Shown piece after piece: positions 23,800 to 24,757 of a stretch of 24,757 bases of DNA. The translations under genes and the position numbers were made by a program. Origin of the DNA: a virus (Duplodnaviria; Caudoviricetes); the IMG/VR virus record IMGVR_UViG_3300033076_001006, positions 1 to 24,757 of that record, one strand, 5' to 3'. Numbering within the stretch: position 1 is the stretch's first letter; the number at the start of each line of letters is the position of its first letter. The notes under the pieces are model-generated. The model ran no database searches, was not told the origin of the DNA, and worked only from the letters and a program-made list of their open reading frames with translations.

Positions 23800-23826
23800 A
23801 ACCCAGGTTAACCGCCTGGGTTTTTT
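23800..23826 (+). terminator. Intrinsic terminator
   Basis: AACCCAGG-TTAACCG-CCTGGGTT followed by TTTT. Confidence 0.85.
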
Positions 23827-23854
23827 GTGCCCATTATAGCCATATAGTGTGCAC

Positions 23855-23897
23855 AAGTTCTACAAATTCGTATATTTGTGTGCCTGAGTTCTACAAA
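23855..23897 (+). promoter_or_regulatory. Promoter -7 box flanked by direct-repeat operators
   Basis: TATATTTG (23871-23878) between AGTTCTACAAA copies at 23856-23866 and 23887-23897. Confidence 0.65.
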
Positions 23898-23939
23898 ATG
23901 TAGCTACTTTAGTGGGAGTTAACCCATTATCCTACAAAG

Positions 23940-24236
23940 ATGCTATATCAACTCCCAAACGGTAAGTGCATAGAGATTTCTGTGGAACAGTACCTGAGGA
24001 TGTCAGATGAAGAATTGGATTTGTATGTGGCTTACAACATTGGCGAGGAAGTCAACGACCCTTTTGCACTAAGCGTACTGAAGTATGGTAGCAGTGCTAT
24101 AGAGGATGATGACGCTTTTGATGAACTGATCAAAGAAACCCTGATTGAAGAATCAGTGGAGGATCTTACAGACATCTTGCCTGAGGAGAAGCTTTACGAT
24201 GAAGACTTTTTTGACTCTGAAGAACTAGAACAGTAA
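23940..24236 (+). CDS. Highly acidic small protein
   Basis: 30 D/E versus 5 K/R in 98 aa. Confidence 0.85.
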   Translation: MLYQLPNGKCIEISVEQYLRMSDEELDLYVAYNIGEEVNDPFALSVLKYGSSAIEDDDAFDELIKETLIEESVEDLTDILPEEKLYDEDFFDSEELEQ

Positions 24237-24255
24237 GGCACTGTAACTGAAGAGT

Positions 24256-24675
24256 ATGATCCAACCCAAACTGAAACAATGTGCTGGGTGCGGAGAGCTT
24301 AAAGTGATCTGGAAAAACTTTGAGGGTAACAAGTTCTGCAAAGAATGTTGGTCCCGCAAAGCACCGGTCAAGGCTCCTACGCCCACAAAATCGCTGAGTC
24401 CCGTTTCTGAGAAACGCAAAGTCTTGGACCAGCTGTATTCCAAAATGCGAAAAGACTTTCTTGACCAACCTGAGAACAGCACCTGCCGTGCTAAGCTTGC
24501 AGGAGTATGCCTGCATGTGATGGGTCAAGATCTGACGATACACCACACCAAAGGTCGTGGTCACTATTACCTTGATAAATCCACCTGGATACCCCTTTGC
24601 CTGGCGTGTCACCAGTGGGTGGAAACACATCCAAAAGAATCCAGAGAAATGTTTCTCTCTGACACAAAACATTAA
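24256..24675 (+). CDS. HNH-type (NinG-like) nuclease with N-terminal Zn ribbon
   Basis: CAGC..CKEC; C..C..TIHHTKGR..WIPLCLACHQWVETHP. Confidence 0.82.
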   Translation: MIQPKLKQCAGCGELKVIWKNFEGNKFCKECWSRKAPVKAPTPTKSLSPVSEKRKVLDQLYSKMRKDFLDQPENSTCRAKLAGVCLHVMGQDLTIHHTKGRGHYYLDKSTWIPLCLACHQWVETHPKESREMFLSDTKH

Positions 24676-24694
24676 TCCTAAAAAACAACAGAAG

Positions 24695-24757
24695 ATGAGT
24701 ACATCACCAGGACCTTATGGGTCATTACACTTAGGCTATGGCAGTTTTGGCCAGGCC
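24695..24757 (+). CDS. Partial ORF running off the window end
   Basis: A-rich leader then MSTSPGPYGSLHLGYGSFGQA. Confidence 0.6.
   Translation, partial: MSTSPGPYGSLHLGYGSFGQA

Larger units (their letters stand above)
1..24757 (+). mobile_element. Segment of a large bacteriophage genome (likely Bacteroidota host, temperate)
   Basis: Dense co-oriented short hypothetical ORFs with ATGA/TAATG overlaps; dUTPase, HNH, MoxR/VWA, GH73 and integrase with attP; no housekeeping operons; AT-rich leaders without SD. Confidence 0.9.

Noticed and set aside
336-24688. Minus-strand and nested alternative-frame ORFs in the track (e.g. 336-650, 3235-3435, 3570-3926, 4874-5302, 13913-14437, 22041-22262, 24166-24672)
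   Set aside because: They are shadows of well-supported + strand genes or of RNA/att elements and have no motifs; only 14878-15186 occupies its own space
1-24757. Stop-codon reassignment as in some Bacteroidota phages
   Set aside because: Recognisable genes are uninterrupted under code 11, and TAG and TGA stops coincide with the next gene start or a terminator
24695-24757. Possible DUF2829/Tad2-like anti-defence gene (ends in SFGQA)
   Set aside because: Only a few matching residues before the window ends; cannot be supported without downstream sequence

Overview
This window is a 24.8-kb segment of a large, probably temperate dsDNA phage. A Bacteroidota host is inferred from the absence of Shine-Dalgarno sites, TAnnTTTG promoters, a Bacteroidota-type tyrosine integrase and an att core matching a tRNA-Asp 3' end. 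Genes are densely packed and all but one lie on the + strand; no virion structural genes are visible. The left part (1-9 kb) looks like an early/host-takeover region. It holds many tiny membrane proteins and lipoproteins, a protein with tandem SH3-like repeats, three tandem paralogues with a MIB/HERC2-like SH3 domain, a GH73 glucosaminidase, and structured non-coding RNAs, including three tRNA-like elements with acceptor/T arms but abnormal anticodon arms. The middle (10-20 kb) has a stand-alone wHTH gene, an iteron/operator-like palindrome array, a MoxR AAA+/VWA (CobS/CobT-like) pair, a second AAA+ ATPase and a full-length BCS1-like membrane AAA+ ATPase. The right part (20-24.8 kb) has a cyclic-phosphate-processing receiver-like protein, dUTPase, an apparently intact attP + integrase + HTH module, an acidic protein and an HNH nuclease. 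All family assignments come from motif recognition by eye, not database searches. Several ORF-track starts were moved to more plausible ATGs, and small ORFs missing from the track were added.
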